The notes: a model not told the origin generated them from the sequence alone. 63,966 bases of DNA, filler included, from Pelomyxa schiedti (GCA_020536535.1; 11 parts of 11 records of this genome joined end to end with filler, not necessarily neighbours in it); one strand, 5' to 3'. Shown: positions 45,041 to 58,559, counted from the first letter of the whole stretch. A program made the numbers and translations.

Positions 45041-47118
45041 ATGTCGATGGAGTCGGTGAACTCGGACGAGGACTTTGACATGCAGCAGCTGTTCACGTCT
45101 CGGTACTTAGCGTTGAAGTGCGCTGGGCGAGCAGGGAGCGCGAGGTGCGTGAGGTGGATTGTGGGAACAACAACAAAGGCACCAAAGAGGAGACACAATA
45201 ACGGTAGAGATTGCCTCACCGTGCTCAGGGGACTGTGTTATGGTGTGTAACTTCCAGGCTAGGGAGAAACGTTATAAAATACATACCAGTGTTCTGTCAA
45301 CTCAGTTATGTTATAATAATACATGTAATAATACTCCGTTATTATATTATAATACTCAGTTATTATATTATTATGAATGTGAATCAACTACCTTTGGCTA
45401 CATTCTTATAATATTTTCAGGAGGTCACATTGGGATGGCACAAGAGCTTGTTCAACATCGTGGGGGCGATGCACCACCATCATCATCAGGTGACACCACC
45501 GCCACCACGACCACTTCGTGTTGTTGGAAGGGAGTCCCTCTGTCTTGGCCAGCCGACGACCCTGACGTGATGGACGAAATCAGGGATGCAACTGGGATGA
45601 CGACCCCAAGCCTGCTGTGGGATGCGTGCAGAGGCGGCCACGTGGAGGCTGTCAAGTGGGTGATGTCGACGTTTGTTGGTGTTGGGAGCGAGCCGTGGGA
45701 GCTCGTGGAGCCATTCCACGGTGCTGTGAGGGGAGGCCATTCTGATGTGCTGAAGTGGCTGGCATCGAACACTGATGCTGTTGCTGCCTGCAGAACGGCA
45801 GCGCGCATGGAAAGGTGGTCCGTTGGAGATTTCTTTCAGACACCAAGTCTGGAAGTTGTGAAGCTGTGTGTTGGGTGGTTGTGTGGGGAGGAAAGGGATC
45901 CCATCGAAGGAGAAGACATCCTGTCATCATTCATCATGCATTCTTCTTCATCATGTGGTGGGAAAGAAGTGGAGGAAGGCTGTAAGTGGATCAAAGAATC
46001 ATTTTCAGTGACAACTGCACCAAATTTACTGGATTGCATTAACAATGAGGAGGCTTTACAGTGGGTGATCAAAAGTTTCAACATCACAGCTGAAAATGAT
46101 CTGTGGTATCTATTAAAATACTCAAAGAGTGTAAAGCTCCTCCTGTGGCTGCCAACACTCATCAACATTTACAATAACCCCAACACGTTCATTGAAGAAG
46201 CATGTTGCAATCCACAAGACAGTGTGTCAGTTGTGGAGGCCCTGTTCTCTGCAGTGTTGCCCCGCCCCTCAACACTCCCAATACAACAACTCCAAGAGTT
46301 CCTCAAGCACTCCCTTGACCACGGCAACACGCACATTTCTGATTGGTTGGAGAACACCTTCCACGTAATGGGTGGTGTGAATGCAGATCACAGTGTTGCA
46401 GTTTCCATGTTCCCAAAAATCAGTTCATTCGGTGGTATTCAGTGGTTCGTTTCACATGCAACCAGAGAAACACTCCACATCCTCAGTGAAAGTTCAGCCG
46501 TCACTGAAGCACTGAAAAACAATATACTTTCTGGCCTGTGCAGCTCTTTATTGCTGTTGCTTGACACCTTCAAAATCTCAGTTCCACCGCAAATCAGGCC
46601 AGTGGTTGTTGAGCAAGTTGTTTCAACTGGAAATATTTCACAGGCCAAGCAAATTCTGATGTTCCACGGCAACTTCTCATCAGATGAAGTTGCTGAAGGA
46701 CTCACAGACTCTGGCCACCATGTGCGATCAGGAAAGGTGGTGAAGTGGTTGATTAAAAAGTTTCACTTGGATGAGGAGCAAGTCAGGTTGCATGACAACC
46801 ACCTATTGAAAGACCTGCTTTGGAAGCAAAAGACAAACTGTGCTGAGTGGTTGATCCACAAGTTCAATTTCACCTTGGACGAGGTATGTGTGCAGTAGTG
46901 TCCTCCAAGAGCTCTTCTGTCTCTAACACACCAATCCAAAAGATTCCTGCCATTGTGGAGCAGCTTTCAGAAGCCATGATGTCCCTGAGAACGTGGAAGA
47001 TGCTACTTCGTGTGTTTGCTGAGGACTTGACACCCCAATTTGTCCAGGAGAGCCTGATGGACCTTGCCATGAGCTCACCGCTTCACATACAAGCCACAGT
47101 CAGTGCCGTCGAGGGACT
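45041..47118 (+). CDS. Lineage-specific ankyrin-like helical repeat protein, 3' end in gap
   Basis: Repeated units LCYG|GHIGMAQELV, ACRGGHVEAVKWVM, AVRGGHSDVLKWL, SLDHGNTHISDWL. 579-codon open frame. Confidence 0.7.
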
Positions 47119-47559
47119 NNNNNNNNNNNNNNNNNNNNNNNNNNNNNNNNNNNNNNNNNNNNTTAATTAATTAANNNNNNNNNNNNNNNNNNNNNNNNNN
47201 NNNNNNNNNNNNNNNNNNAAAAGAAAAAAAGCATGCCTGAGGTAACATGCACCGTATATAAACACCATCACGTTGTACTTCCGCAACACCCACACACATT
47301 GGCACGATGTGTCACCAGCATGGTGTCACCAACACACCCCTTATTTTTCTTTGTTTTTCTGTTTTCTCTCCCCAAGTTCCAACCGCAAAATCGCGAACCC
47401 CGCCAAGTGTAAAGAGCCCCCCAAACTCCAATTTTTTGATGGTGGTATTTTCAAAAAACGCCTCCTCAACCTGTCATTTTTAACGCCCAATTCTCCGGTC
47501 ATTTGCACACCAGTGTATGAGACTGATGTTGTTTGGTTATAGTGAGGCTGCTGAATTAT

Positions 47560-48250
47560 GTGTGTTGCTGATCAGAGGCGGTTTTGTGACGGTCCGGGTC
47601 TTTTCCCCGGTATTTATGGGGGCAGTGTATGAGATTGGGAGGGAGCACAGCTTCCGATTCAATCTTCGATGGTTGGACGACCAAGGTTCCTCCTTAACTC
47701 GAGCAGGGGTTGACATGTGGTAGTGTGAAAGTGATGACTTCCCAGATTCCTAGCGCTGGATTTAGCGGAGTTTGGGGTGTTAGGAGTGACATTCAGAGTC
47801 TTCAGGGAGTTTAACTGGAGTTCCTTGTGGATTGTGGAATTGTGGTGGCATGTGTTGAGGATGTGCTTGACCGATTCCAGGGAATTGCAGCCATGCCAGG
47901 CATGTTGAGGCAATGTGGAGGACGTGGGACATGCGGTTGTTTGGGGGCTTCATGCCGGTTGCAATTTGGAGAGCATGGTTCCGCAGGGTTGGAGGGATTC
48001 CCTTGGTGTTGAGATTCTTGACCAGGTTGATCCAGTGAGCCGGTGTTGGTTTCTCTATCATTGTGGTCCGAAGCTTGTGGTGCAGGGAAGGTGTGTCTTG
48101 GAAGTTAGTTTCTGCTCTCCAAAGCCAGTAGCAATTATATCCGAGTGTGTTGTCTCTGTGAACAACATACTGTATGGCACCAGCGCGATCCTTGCACAAA
48201 CCAATCACAGAGTGATGTGTACTGTTTGCCAGAATCTCACATTGATCTAA
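47560..48250 (-). mobile_element. Degenerate 3' fragment of a non-LTR (L1-like) retroelement ORF2
   Basis: HWINLVKNLNTKGIPPTLRNHALQIATG, then, frameshifted, CPT...GCNSLESVKHILNTC. Resembles the zf-RVT CCHC module. No introns. Confidence 0.5.
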
Positions 48251-48644
48251 TGCTTGTTGAAGTGCTTGAGATTACAAATGCAGAGAAAATAAGGGCTTAC
48301 CTGCAAGGAGTTTAAAACTGAAAGCTTACAACGTAGTACTACCTCTTGTATTGTAATTTCTTAAAAAAAATGAGAGGAACCTTGAGTACATAGTGGCAAG
48401 AACTTCAGGCATCTTACTGATACTCACAAGTAATGAAAGTTCTCTCCCAGCTACAAAAGGGAAAATCAAACCCAAGTCGGATACCAGCTTGACTTGTAAT
48501 ACCAGTTTCTTCTTCTTCTGTCTTGACAATGAGGAGCTCTACTGACTCTCAGCGTTACGCACAATGCTATTTAATTAACTTTCATTAGTGCACAACACAC
48601 CAGCAGTACATATCTGGATCAGTGGGCGGTGATTTTTTTCCCTA

Positions 48645-48716
48645 CAAAAAGTGCATCATCACCGCCCAAAATCACCACCCGGGCGGTGATTTTGGGCGGT
48701 GATGATGCACTTTTTG
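48645..48716. repeat. Perfect 32-bp inverted repeat with 8-nt spacer
   Basis: CAAAAAGTGCATCATCACCGCCCAAAATCACC-acccgggc-GGTGATTTTGGGCGGTGATGATGCACTTTTTG. Confidence 0.95.
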
Positions 48717-49301
48717 CAGTCAAATCGGATCACCGCCCCGGGTGGTGGTTGAGCACATAAGCCAGTCAGTAAAATCACCACCCANNNNNNNNNNNNNNNN
48801 NNNNNNNNNNNNNNNNNNNNNNNNNNNNTTAATTAATTAANNNNNNNNNNNNNNNNNNNNNNNNNNNNNNNNNNNNNNNNNNNNCCTCATCTTCGTCGTT
48901 GTCGTTGTCGTGTCGTGCACGTTTGTTAGGTGTTCTGTTCGTGTTTTTGTGTGTCACTGCTGCCTGTGGCTTGGTTTTTTCTTTCTTGGGGTGATTGCTG
49001 ACCTCTGCTTTCTGTGAAATCAAATCATCACTTTCACAGTGGGAGCTCAATCTCTTTGCTGCAAGCTGCCATCCAAACACCAGCGAAAGATATTACATCC
49101 TTTGCTTAATCAAGTGCAGTTGTTGTTGTGTCTGGCACAAACTCCTGAAGAACACACCTTGTCACAGTTCCCTTTAGTTGCAGGGGTTGGGAGTTGCTTT
49201 TCAGGCACGGTCTAGGAGGCACCACAAAAAAACCAAGTTCCAGAATTCTGCGACACAAGCCAGGGCTGACATCCTGCAAGATCAAAAGTAAGAAAAAATC
49301 A

Positions 49302-50063
49302 ATGCCAAAGTACGGGACCGGGAAGGGGGCGGGGTACAGGGCACAGCGACTCATCTGGCGCCATACCCACGAAGGGCTGCACAAGATGGGATGCACATAT
49401 CAGTGGCACTTCGGCGTAAGCGAGAAGGCTCTGAAAAAGTTCTACAAGGTGGTGTGGCCCGTGGCAGTAGAAGAGTGCCAACTCAACACAGAGTCTTTGG
49501 GGAAGCGATGGTGTGGACTTGGGCTCAGAACGCGAACCCCCAAACCAAGTACCATATTTGCGGGCATGAGGTTCGTCCTCACGGGGGACCTGGGTTGTGA
49601 TCACGACAAGCTGGCAGTCATGATAAGAAGCAACGGTGGGGAGTGCGTCTCTGAACTGGTATTCCCCCGCTCCGCACCCCAATCCGACTCACCAGTCTCC
49701 CTAACCTTCCCTCAAAGCCCACCCACGTGATATGCTCAAAGGAATCCTTTTACAGCAGGGCCAGAGCTACCGCAGACAGCTTGGCCTACTGGAGGCACGG
49801 CAACCTGCCAATTCTGAGTGCTAAGTGGCTCCACAAGTCGGTTAAAAGTGGTATGACCCCACTTTATGGTCCGTTTTCTTTTTAATTTCCTTTTTGTTGT
49901 GGTACATACAGGAAGGAGGATGCCGGTCAGAGATTGGATGTTAAAACCCTGTCCCACAACGTGGGCCTCCTTGCCCTCAGCCCTTGCAATATGCATTCCA
50001 TATGGAGGTTTGTGCCATTGTTATTCTTGGGGTTGGCCTTTAACAATGACGCTGTCATATTAG
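49302..50063 (+). CDS. BRCT-domain protein
   Basis: IFAGMRFVLTGDLGCDHDKLAVMIRSNGGECVSEL|..THVIC..PILSAKWLHKSVKSG. Shows BRCT G-G and W motifs. Confidence 0.68.
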
Positions 50064-51112
50064 GACTCAAGGAGGAGAACGTCCCCTGCGACAGGTTCGT
50101 GCCTGGTTGGAAGCAGCGAGGGTTTTACATCTTTGAAGAAGGGAGCACACTGTTTCAGTTCGTGATTTGCATCTCTGTGAGTCGCCGCTATCATGTTGTA
50201 CAGCTTTTAGCAAAGCCAGGCTCTTCCCACTTCCAACTGTGGCATCGAGCAACATGGGGTAAGGGGTCACACTTCTCAAAACTAGTCTCTGCTTACTTCG
50301 CGACGCAGATTTGGAAGAAAAGGGTGACACTTGGCTCCAACTACCGCAGGCACGGAAAGTTGCAATTTCTCAGTTTATGACAATGTACGTTGCAGCAAGC
50401 AAAGGCCGACACAAGTTCATCTAATTTGCACCCGTAGGTTCTTTGACTTGACGGGCGCAACCTGGTGTGAAAGGGGAACGTACCCAAGTGACAGCTGCAT
50501 CATGTTATTACAGCAGTTTCCCTCAGAGATCAGTTCTTGGCTGACACCTTGCAACCACAACAACAGCTGAGAAAAAAAAAGAGTGTTTTTTTTTCTTTTC
50601 TGCACTCACTCATTATTTTTGATTTGGCATTCCACCCAGACAAACTTGGCTGTGGCCGGGTGGGGACCCACGAATGTTTTTCTAACAGTGCTGTTTGCTG
50701 GAACATTCACTTCTTCAGGGGTGAATTGACATGTGAGTATCTGGGACTGAAAGGTTAGTAGAAAAGTTGATGGCCAGCCAGCTCGTAACTTTGACTGTAA
50801 CTGAACGTTTTGGAAATCGGTTCTGGAATTCGAAGCTCAAATGTGGCTTTCCGTCGTCGGCACGGCAGGTAGTCAGTGTGCAATCGACCATCCAGGGATC
50901 GCGAGTGCTCAGATCCGTCCATGAGGCAGGAAAACTCTGGTTTGTGGGGTACAGGGAGGCAACAATACCCAGGAACGCACAGGTGGTCCCCCCTCTGGTT
51001 GCTTCCCTGAGAATGGAATTGAGTGCTCGTGTGCAGAACGTATGAAGATACCTTTATCACGTGGTCCCACTACGTGGGGAACCCACTTCTCTAGATCATC
51101 CACACCAAGTGT

Positions 51113-51655
51113 CTACAAAACAGAGTGAGAAAGAAGATTGAGTGATAGTTGCTGCTGTACCTCGCCCCTTGCCTTAAGTAGAGCCGCGATGTTGTCAATA
51201 ACAGGAGGGACGGCGTTGGCAGGGTGAGCGGCGGAAGAGGGAGCGGCCGGAGGGTGAGCGGCGGAAGAGGGAGAGGGAGAGGGAGCAGCTGAAGAGGGAG
51301 CGGCTGAAGAGGGAGCGGCCGGAGCGTCGGCACAGGCGTGAACGGCATAAGGGGGTGGCCAGTGGACGTGCCCGCGGGGAACACGCAGGGGCTCCGGGGG
51401 TGGGGCGGGGATAACCAGGGGCGGCGGCGGAGGGCGCACAGGCCACGTGTACGACAAGGGGCAGCACTGCGTGTGGGTGCACATCCACTGACACACGTGA
51501 TCTGGTGTGTCCAGGCATATGTTCATAATGTTCGACGCCATATTCCAGGTGAGCTCGTAGGCGGGTGCCGTCTCGTAGTAGGGCTGATGCTGATGCTGCT
51601 CCGGCTCAAAATTCCGAAATTTGCTGGTGCACCGCCTCGTGTCCTGCTGCGCCAT
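51113..51655 (-). CDS. Hypothetical Pro/Ala-rich protein, first exon; further exons probably to about 50600
   Basis: GC-rich open frame MAQQDTRR...PPPPP..(AAPSS)n followed by a GT donor. No family recognised. Confidence 0.35.
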   Translation of the reverse strand: MAQQDTRRCTSKFRNFEPEQHQHQPYYETAPAYELTWNMASNIMNICLDTPDHVCQWMCTHTQCCPLSYTWPVRPPPPPLVIPAPPPEPLRVPRGHVHWPPPYAVHACADAPAAPSSAAPSSAAPSPSPSSAAHPPAAPSSAAHPANAVPPVIDNIAALLKARGEVQQQLSLNLLSHSVL

Positions 51656-52475
51656 GAGGTAGTTGACCTTTGTTGGCCCCAACAAACAAAAAATACGACA
51701 AGTTGTGGATTCGCGCAATGTTTCCCACAAATTTGACTTTTTGTGTGGGAAATTGAAGTTTCATCATCAAAATGAAAACAACCATTCTATCAAAGAGTTC
51801 AGTCTGTATTCCCACACGACAACCACCTAGTGCATTTCACGATACCTAAATGCCTCTTTCCAAGAAAAGTCCACCATTCCACCACCAATCTGCGTCAACG
51901 TTGTCGTTAGGGAATGATTGCAAACGGTTTGGCTTGACACACATTAAACGCTGCCGTCGTCATCAGGAGATATGCCCATGCGAGTCTGTTTTGCACAGTG
52001 CAGTATTTCTTGAAGTGTCCTTGAGCGGCCATGTCGTCAATCACCTAGGTTCAAGGTCAAAGAGAAAGACTGAGTGGTGGAAATGCATGCCCAGTCCAAC
52101 ACGGCGTGGTGTGCTTCTCGGTTTGGGGAAACCACGTCCCACGTGTCTCCCGCAACCCAGTGGCCGTCACCAATCCCCTTGAGAGCACCACATTGCTCCA
52201 GGGCAGCCATGTACACCTCCCAGAAGTCAGCAGGAAAACTGTTTTTGTGTGTGAGTCCTCATTTGTGTGGAAATGGCAACACACAGCCGAACTCTGTTGT
52301 AAGCCTCAGACTCATAGTCTACCAAATCGGGACAAAGGAAGGGAATGTAAGACTCCGGCTCGGCGGGAACGCGGCTCAAGTTTACGTGTAGGCTGCAATC
52401 TTCACTGCCTATGCCGTGGCATATTCTTGTTGTTGTTGTCACCGTCAGTCACAATGAAGAGATACGCAGAGAAAC

Positions 52476-53236
52476 TCACAAAATCAATGTTAGCATCACT
52501 CTTTGCCCGTGTTCTTTCGTCCAGTTCGCTTTGCTGCTCAGGAGATTTCTCTGTCTGAAGTAGATGTCGAGATTATCCCTGTCTGCTGTGCAAATGGTGT
52601 GGCGGTATCTCCATGTCTCGACATTGCGACGTAGGGCCCTCAGGTCGGCGGCTGTCACCAAGCTGGTGGCACAGGCCAGTGGTCCACTCTCTAGCTGCAC
52701 CTTGGCAAGATCGCGGTCTGTTGCATAATGAAAGCCAATCAAGACAGAATGCCTTGAGTGGGCTTGATAAGTAACGGTCACTTGAGCAACACATTAAAGC
52801 AGGCACAGTGGTAGTGGCGGCGATCAAAGTTGCAACAAGAAAAAACAAAACACCGCGACAGGTAACATTGGGGCTTTAAAAGGGGGGAGTCATACGGTGG
52901 ATCATCTACAAACTCGAACTTTTCTACTGTCAAGGGCGCTCCGTCGCCGTTTGTGCACTTGTTGATCAGCAGTGAAAACACTTCTTTGGGGCGGTAGGAC
53001 CACAGATCGTCGGGCACGCCCACGAGCAGCGTCGCGTCTGGGTCCCAGAACTTCGGTATGGCGTCCTTGGCCTTAATGAGGGCGTCGACGTCGCGCAGCT
53101 CCGTGACCCAGCGCCCGTCCACCATCTTATCCACCATTTTGGCTTGCATCCTCACGTTCACGGGGAGACTAGGGTCATGGTCGTTGATCTCATAGTACCG
53201 CCTGCGTCCTTCGTGGTACATTGCAGATAAATGCAA
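52476..53236 (-). CDS. Hypothetical protein (two long frames, probable intron near 52790-52860)
   Basis: GC-rich, codon-like frames 52778-53236 and 52476-52781. No motif recognised. Confidence 0.35.
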
Positions 53237-53602
53237 TGTCTGTTCTTACCATAATCATGGGACTGAGTTACACCCTCGAAAAAATTCGAAAAGAGGGACG
53301 CGGGTTTGTTGCTTGGCAACAAGGTTCATGTTCTGGTTGTTGGATTGAATAGAAATGACCTTTAGAGAGATCTAATAGGTTTTAGAAATTAAAACCCGGT
53401 AGGGGGAATTTTCTAGCAGTGCCACACAGGAGTTTTCACCTTGTTTTCGTAGGTGGAGGTAAACGGGTACAAACTGATGATGAGAAAATACAGCACAACG
53501 CATCTGAAGGGACACATTTTCTTCATAGTGTGGCACAGGGGGAAGTGAATTACAGTAGGGATGAGCTTGTCTCCCATGTGTGTCACCCTCCCTTCAACTC
53601 TT

Positions 53603-54265
53603 GTGTACTTTAGCAAGTACTGAGCTTTAGCTCTATGGACTGGAATAAGGCAGCAACGATCTTATGAGACACAGAACACACTAATGTGGACTGCAGTGGT
53701 GATTGATTCTAAGGTAATCTCAACTGAGAATTGGACAACAGCATGGCTCCAAAGCTAACCACACCTAACCACACCAAATTCAATTATCCTTTGAACACAT
53801 GCAACCCAAGCACGAGAACAAGCAAGAGAACCTTTACACTCATACTCTCTTTTGTTCTTTTTCCTCTGTGGGGCTTTATTCTCTTCCCACAGAAGCTAAC
53901 ACTCCTAAAGCCTGACTGGGTTGGCAAGCGCTTATTTATTATTATGTGAACTTGCTGAAGAGGAGGGGGAACGTGTGTACTTTAGCAAGTACACGAGCTT
54001 GAGCTCTATGGACACTATGCAGACTCTGTCCGAATCTCAATTCTCGAGATCCAATGCAGGCTTGATGGAATTACTGGAATAAGGCAGTGAGGATCTTATG
54101 AGACTCTGAACGCACTAATTGTGAACTGCAGCGGTGATTGATTCTAAGGTAATCTCGACTGAGAATTGGACAACAGCGTGGCTTCGAAGCTAACCACACC
54201 TAACCACACCAAAATTAATTATCCTTTGACATGCAACCCAAGCACAAGAACAAGCAAGAGAACCT
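53603..54265. repeat. Diverged direct repeat pair (53603-53833 and 53975-54265)
   Basis: Shared TGTGTACTTTAGCAAGTAC..AGCTCTATGGAC..GGTGATTGATTCTAAGGTAATCTC..AAGCTAACCACACCTAACCACACCAAA..AAGCAAGAGAACCT. Copy 2 has an insertion of about 60 nt. Confidence 0.9.
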
Positions 54266-55680
54266 GGGCTTTATTCTCTTCCCACAACCCAGTCAGGCTT
54301 TTGCCTTAATACCAGGCTTCCTGTTTGTGAGAAATACCCTTTTTTCCCAGCTTGTGGGGGGTTTCAACACCCACTGTGCTTCACATTTTTTCCTGTTTGG
54401 GGTTTTTTTTTCCTGGTTTCACTGTTGGATGTTGTGAATCATCTTGTGTTTTTGGAAGATTCTTGGGTGAGTTGCGTTGAGAGTGCCACTGCACCTTGTA
54501 AAAAAATGGCTTGCACACCAACAACCAGAGGAAAAACTGGAGACAAAATTGTGTTTTTTCTTTTCTAGACTGGCACCACAACTCTGAGAAGCAAAAAAGC
54601 CACCTTGAAGAAAAGCAGGATGCTTTTTCCTGGGGGTGTAAAACTACAAGAGGGAAAATGGAGCACTATGGGAAAAGGTTCTGAAAAAAAGACACAACAG
54701 ACACTGATGACNNNNNNNNNNNNNNNNNNNNNNNNNNNNNNNNNNNNNNNNNNNNTTAATTAATTAANNNNNNNNNNNNNNNNNNNNNNNNNNNNNNNNN
54801 NNNNNNNNNNNCCCCCCCCCCCCCCCCCCCCCCAAATATATAACTCACCTCTAGGTCCTTTTCTGCATTCACGCTGTATGCACATGGGAGTGTTGGCATC
54901 TGTGACTTTCAGAGCTCAGCCACTCACTGGTATGGTTTCTTATTTCTTCTTTTTCTCGTTTCACCTTGTACAGTTGGTGGTGGACTGGACTTGCCATGAC
55001 AGCCTGGTCACCATGGTAAATTCCCCTCTCCCTTTTCATTGTCACCCCAACCAAACTTAAACATAATAGGTATCCCTTACTGATGCCACTCAGGGGAATT
55101 GTGTGTGCAGCTCTGCTCCGCTTTTCCTCATCAGGTTTCCGCCTAAGTTTCATTGTCTCTCCCCCCCCCCCCCAAGTGTTGCCTCACCTCCAATCCCAGA
55201 TTTTTTCTTTTCCCGTGTTTGTGTGACTCCTCCTTTTTTTTCTTTTTCGATTTCTGCGGCATCCAAGCAAGGTAGAATTGAACTGCAGGTATTTCTCTGT
55301 TATTCTTTTTCGATTTCTCACACTTGAGACCAGGTGTAGCAACTTGCCGGCTGCTGTGATGAAAGCCTGTAATCTCCAAGGTAAATCCCCCTCTCTCTTT
55401 GTATGATCACCCCCACTAAACCATTCTTCTTATTTTGACTTTTTCTCCAGGCTCAAGATATTATTTAGGTGTAGGCCGACCTGCCAACTCAATCTATGAC
55501 CAAGGTACATTCCCTTTTTAACGTCACCCCACTCAACAACAACAGGACCCTGTGGGATGCCAGAAGGGCTGACGAACAGAGTGCAATGTCAGGCTTTACT
55601 TCCACCTCCACCCACTTCACCTTGGCACTAACACCCCTTGCTCTCACTCTCTCACTCTCGCTCTTGCTCTCACTCTCTCG

Positions 55681-55770
55681 CTCCCACCTCCCACTCTCAC
55701 TTGCTCTCTCACTCCCACCTCCCACTCTCACTCGCTCTCTCACTCCCACCTCCCACTCTCACTCGCTCTC
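55681..55770 (+). repeat. 31-bp tandem repeat (about 3 copies) within a (CT/CA)-rich tract
   Basis: CTCCCACCTCCCACTCTCACT(T/C)GCTCTCTCA at 55681, 55712 and 55743. Confidence 0.85.
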
Positions 55771-58559
55771 GCTCTCTCTGTCTCTGTCGCTCACTCACTC
55801 ACTCTCACTCCTACACACCCCACCACTGGGGCTCCTGCACTCCATTCCCAACGTACCCCTCTTCCTGATGTGGCCTGGCCTGAAGTTGGTTTTCGACTTC
55901 AGGCAAAAGAAAACAAATTGTTTGCTTTCAGAAAGTACATGGGGCAGGAGGGGGCTGGAACAGGGACCACCTGGGGACCACACTGTGTGTCCACATTGGG
56001 AGCTCCCACATCGAGCCCATTGTGATTTTACCTCCACTTTCTCCACTTGGGTAGTGTTTTTTCCCATTTTGAGACCACCCTTTGGGAACAGCTTGGAACC
56101 CACTCTGGGTGTGATCTGAAATCACAGTGTTTGGACAATCTTCCGTCTCATCACAGGATTAGCGCCATTCTTGGATGCTTTCTGCTGGTTTCTGGCATGC
56201 CTCTCTGCCTTTGCTGCCCTGTCTTGTATGCCAACAGTCAGATTGTCCCTCATCTGGACCAGATCTGCTCAGGTTTGTAAGTGTTTGGCTCTGTGTCTGA
56301 AAACAAGGTGAAAACTCCTGTGCAGAACTAGAAATCAATCAAGCTACTGGCAAAGCTAGGTCCTTTCTATCTCATCCCAACACATTTGGCTAAAATGGGC
56401 AAAAACCAGGGTGTAAAAGTGATCACCAGGACTGTGTGAGATATGTGTGAAACTGCAAAAAAAAATACAGAATGCCAGGGAGACAAAGGGAGAGGGGGAT
56501 TTACCTTGATGACAAGGCTGTCATCTCAGCAGTGGGCAAGTCCATAACATCCACACAACTTGGTTGTAAAGTGTGAGAAAAACAGAGAAAATACTTGCAG
56601 TTCTGGCTTAGTATGTTGCAGTCTACAGCAAAAGCAAAAGCAAAAACATTAAGTACCTGCTGGAAATGCACTGTGAGGGTGATGGGTCCACCAACTAATC
56701 ACTTCTCTTTGTAGCCAACCTTTTCTGAAATTGAGAGTGTGCAATCACTTCCGTAGTTGAAAATTCCCATTTCGGAATTCTTGTGGATGTGCAAAGAACT
56801 CGATATTGGACGACGTCAGCGAAAAGTCGTCCGGGTCGATGCGCGGAAGTACGCTTGTGAAAAACCACGACAAAGAAAAAGTACCGCTTCCTGTCTGTTG
56901 ATTAATCAGCCCGTCATGTTCCCAAAGCCTCTCGTGTGTGTCGCCAAGGGCCCTTCGCTGCGGCCAGGCCAAGAAAATTCTCAGGAGAAGCGATCGACAT
57001 CTGCACCACCTCGCCGCAGCCGCAAGATCGCACTGTGCTCGGGATTCAACGAGGACACCGACGTCTCGAAGTGGCTGCNNNNNNNNNNNNNNNNNNNNNN
57101 NNNNNNNNNNNNNNNNNNNNNNTTAATTAATTAANNNNNNNNNNNNNNNNNNNNNNNNNNNNNNNNNNNNNNNNNNNNCTCAAGAGATATCCATTCCCCA
57201 CTTTAGGCAAAATTGAGCAACGGTCTCTGCAGTTTCGTCGACACTCGCTGCACTGGCTCCCGCACAGTCGCAGTCACATGTAATTGATCACTATCATCCA
57301 TGGCTTCGGCTGTCGCTGCTTCGGCCGTTGCGGTTGTGAACGCCGTGGCGGGCTCGCTTCCAGAAGGGGGGCACTAGTGCACGTCACAGCGGGGCCGGTG
57401 GCGTACAAATGCTACCTTCAGTGCACGTGACAGCGAGGAGAGCAAAGTTGGGGACAGCAGCTCCAGCACATCAACACCCACATTCGTAAGAGGCAATGGT
57501 ATTGGAGGCAGGAGAGAAGGAGGCAAGGAGGGAGAGGGAAGTAGGAAGGGGGAGCATCCCCAACCATTGGCCGCTGCTTTTGCTTCTGCTTTTGCTTTTG
57601 CTTTTGCTTTTGCTTCTGCTTTTGCTTTTGTTTTTGTTTTTGTTTTTTGTGTATTTTCGATATGCAGTTAACTTTGTTATCTAATCTCTTTCATTATATC
57701 CAGAATGCAAGGTCCACATATACCAGGGGCATCAGTCAGTAGCACACAACCTCAACCTCAACAAATACATCATTCAGAACAGTCACAGTCCCAATCCTTA
57801 CAGCCAGGCAATTGTGGAAGCACACGTCACTGTAGCCTGTGCCAGGGCACTGACCGTGATAGACACAGATGCCCAAGGCGTACTTCCAAAAGATCACGTT
57901 CATCAACGGCTCCCCCAGTACAAGTACCAGGTATGACACACATATTCTTTGTGACAGCCAAATGGTGACCTATTTGACAGCTGTTATGTCTCAAAGTTCT
58001 CATATAAATTCTTCATCCCTCGGTATTTTTCCATCTCCAGTTTCCTACACAACCTCTTCAGCACCTCAGATATTTTCTTTCCCCTTACAGTACCAACCTA
58101 CATCTCCCTTTCCATTTCAAGTTTCTCCCTCAACTTCAGCACAACAAAGATTTTCATCATTCTCACTGGACATGCCTCCACCTTCCATACCATCATCACC
58201 ATTTAATTTCTCACCATAGTTACCTCTTGCATCTCAAAGGGATCAAGTACCTTCAACCATAACCACACAAAGTACTACAACGAGAGGAGATGATAACCTC
58301 ATCAATGATGATGATGACAACAGTGCATTTTTGAGAAGTAAGTTTGCACATGTTTAGTAGGACACTAATAAGTACACAACATTAGATCCATCTCTGGCGG
58401 ACTTATCTAGTGATGAAGAGGATTTGACTAGTATTGCTCAAAGACTTTGGATTCCTGACACTGAAATATGTATTGATGACGATTTGCGCGTCAGGTCTAG
58501 GTGGTGGAAAATGCAAAAACAACAAGAAAGCAGACAAATGTGGGCTCAACAGTTAGAAA

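Noticed and set aside
53603-55810. Repeats as a possible CRISPR-like array
   Set aside because: No constant repeat with unique equal-length spacers, no cas genes, eukaryotic context.
55496-56119. 207-aa ORF with LSLSHS repeats
   Set aside because: Open frame created by a CT/CA microsatellite. No coding signature or homology recognised.
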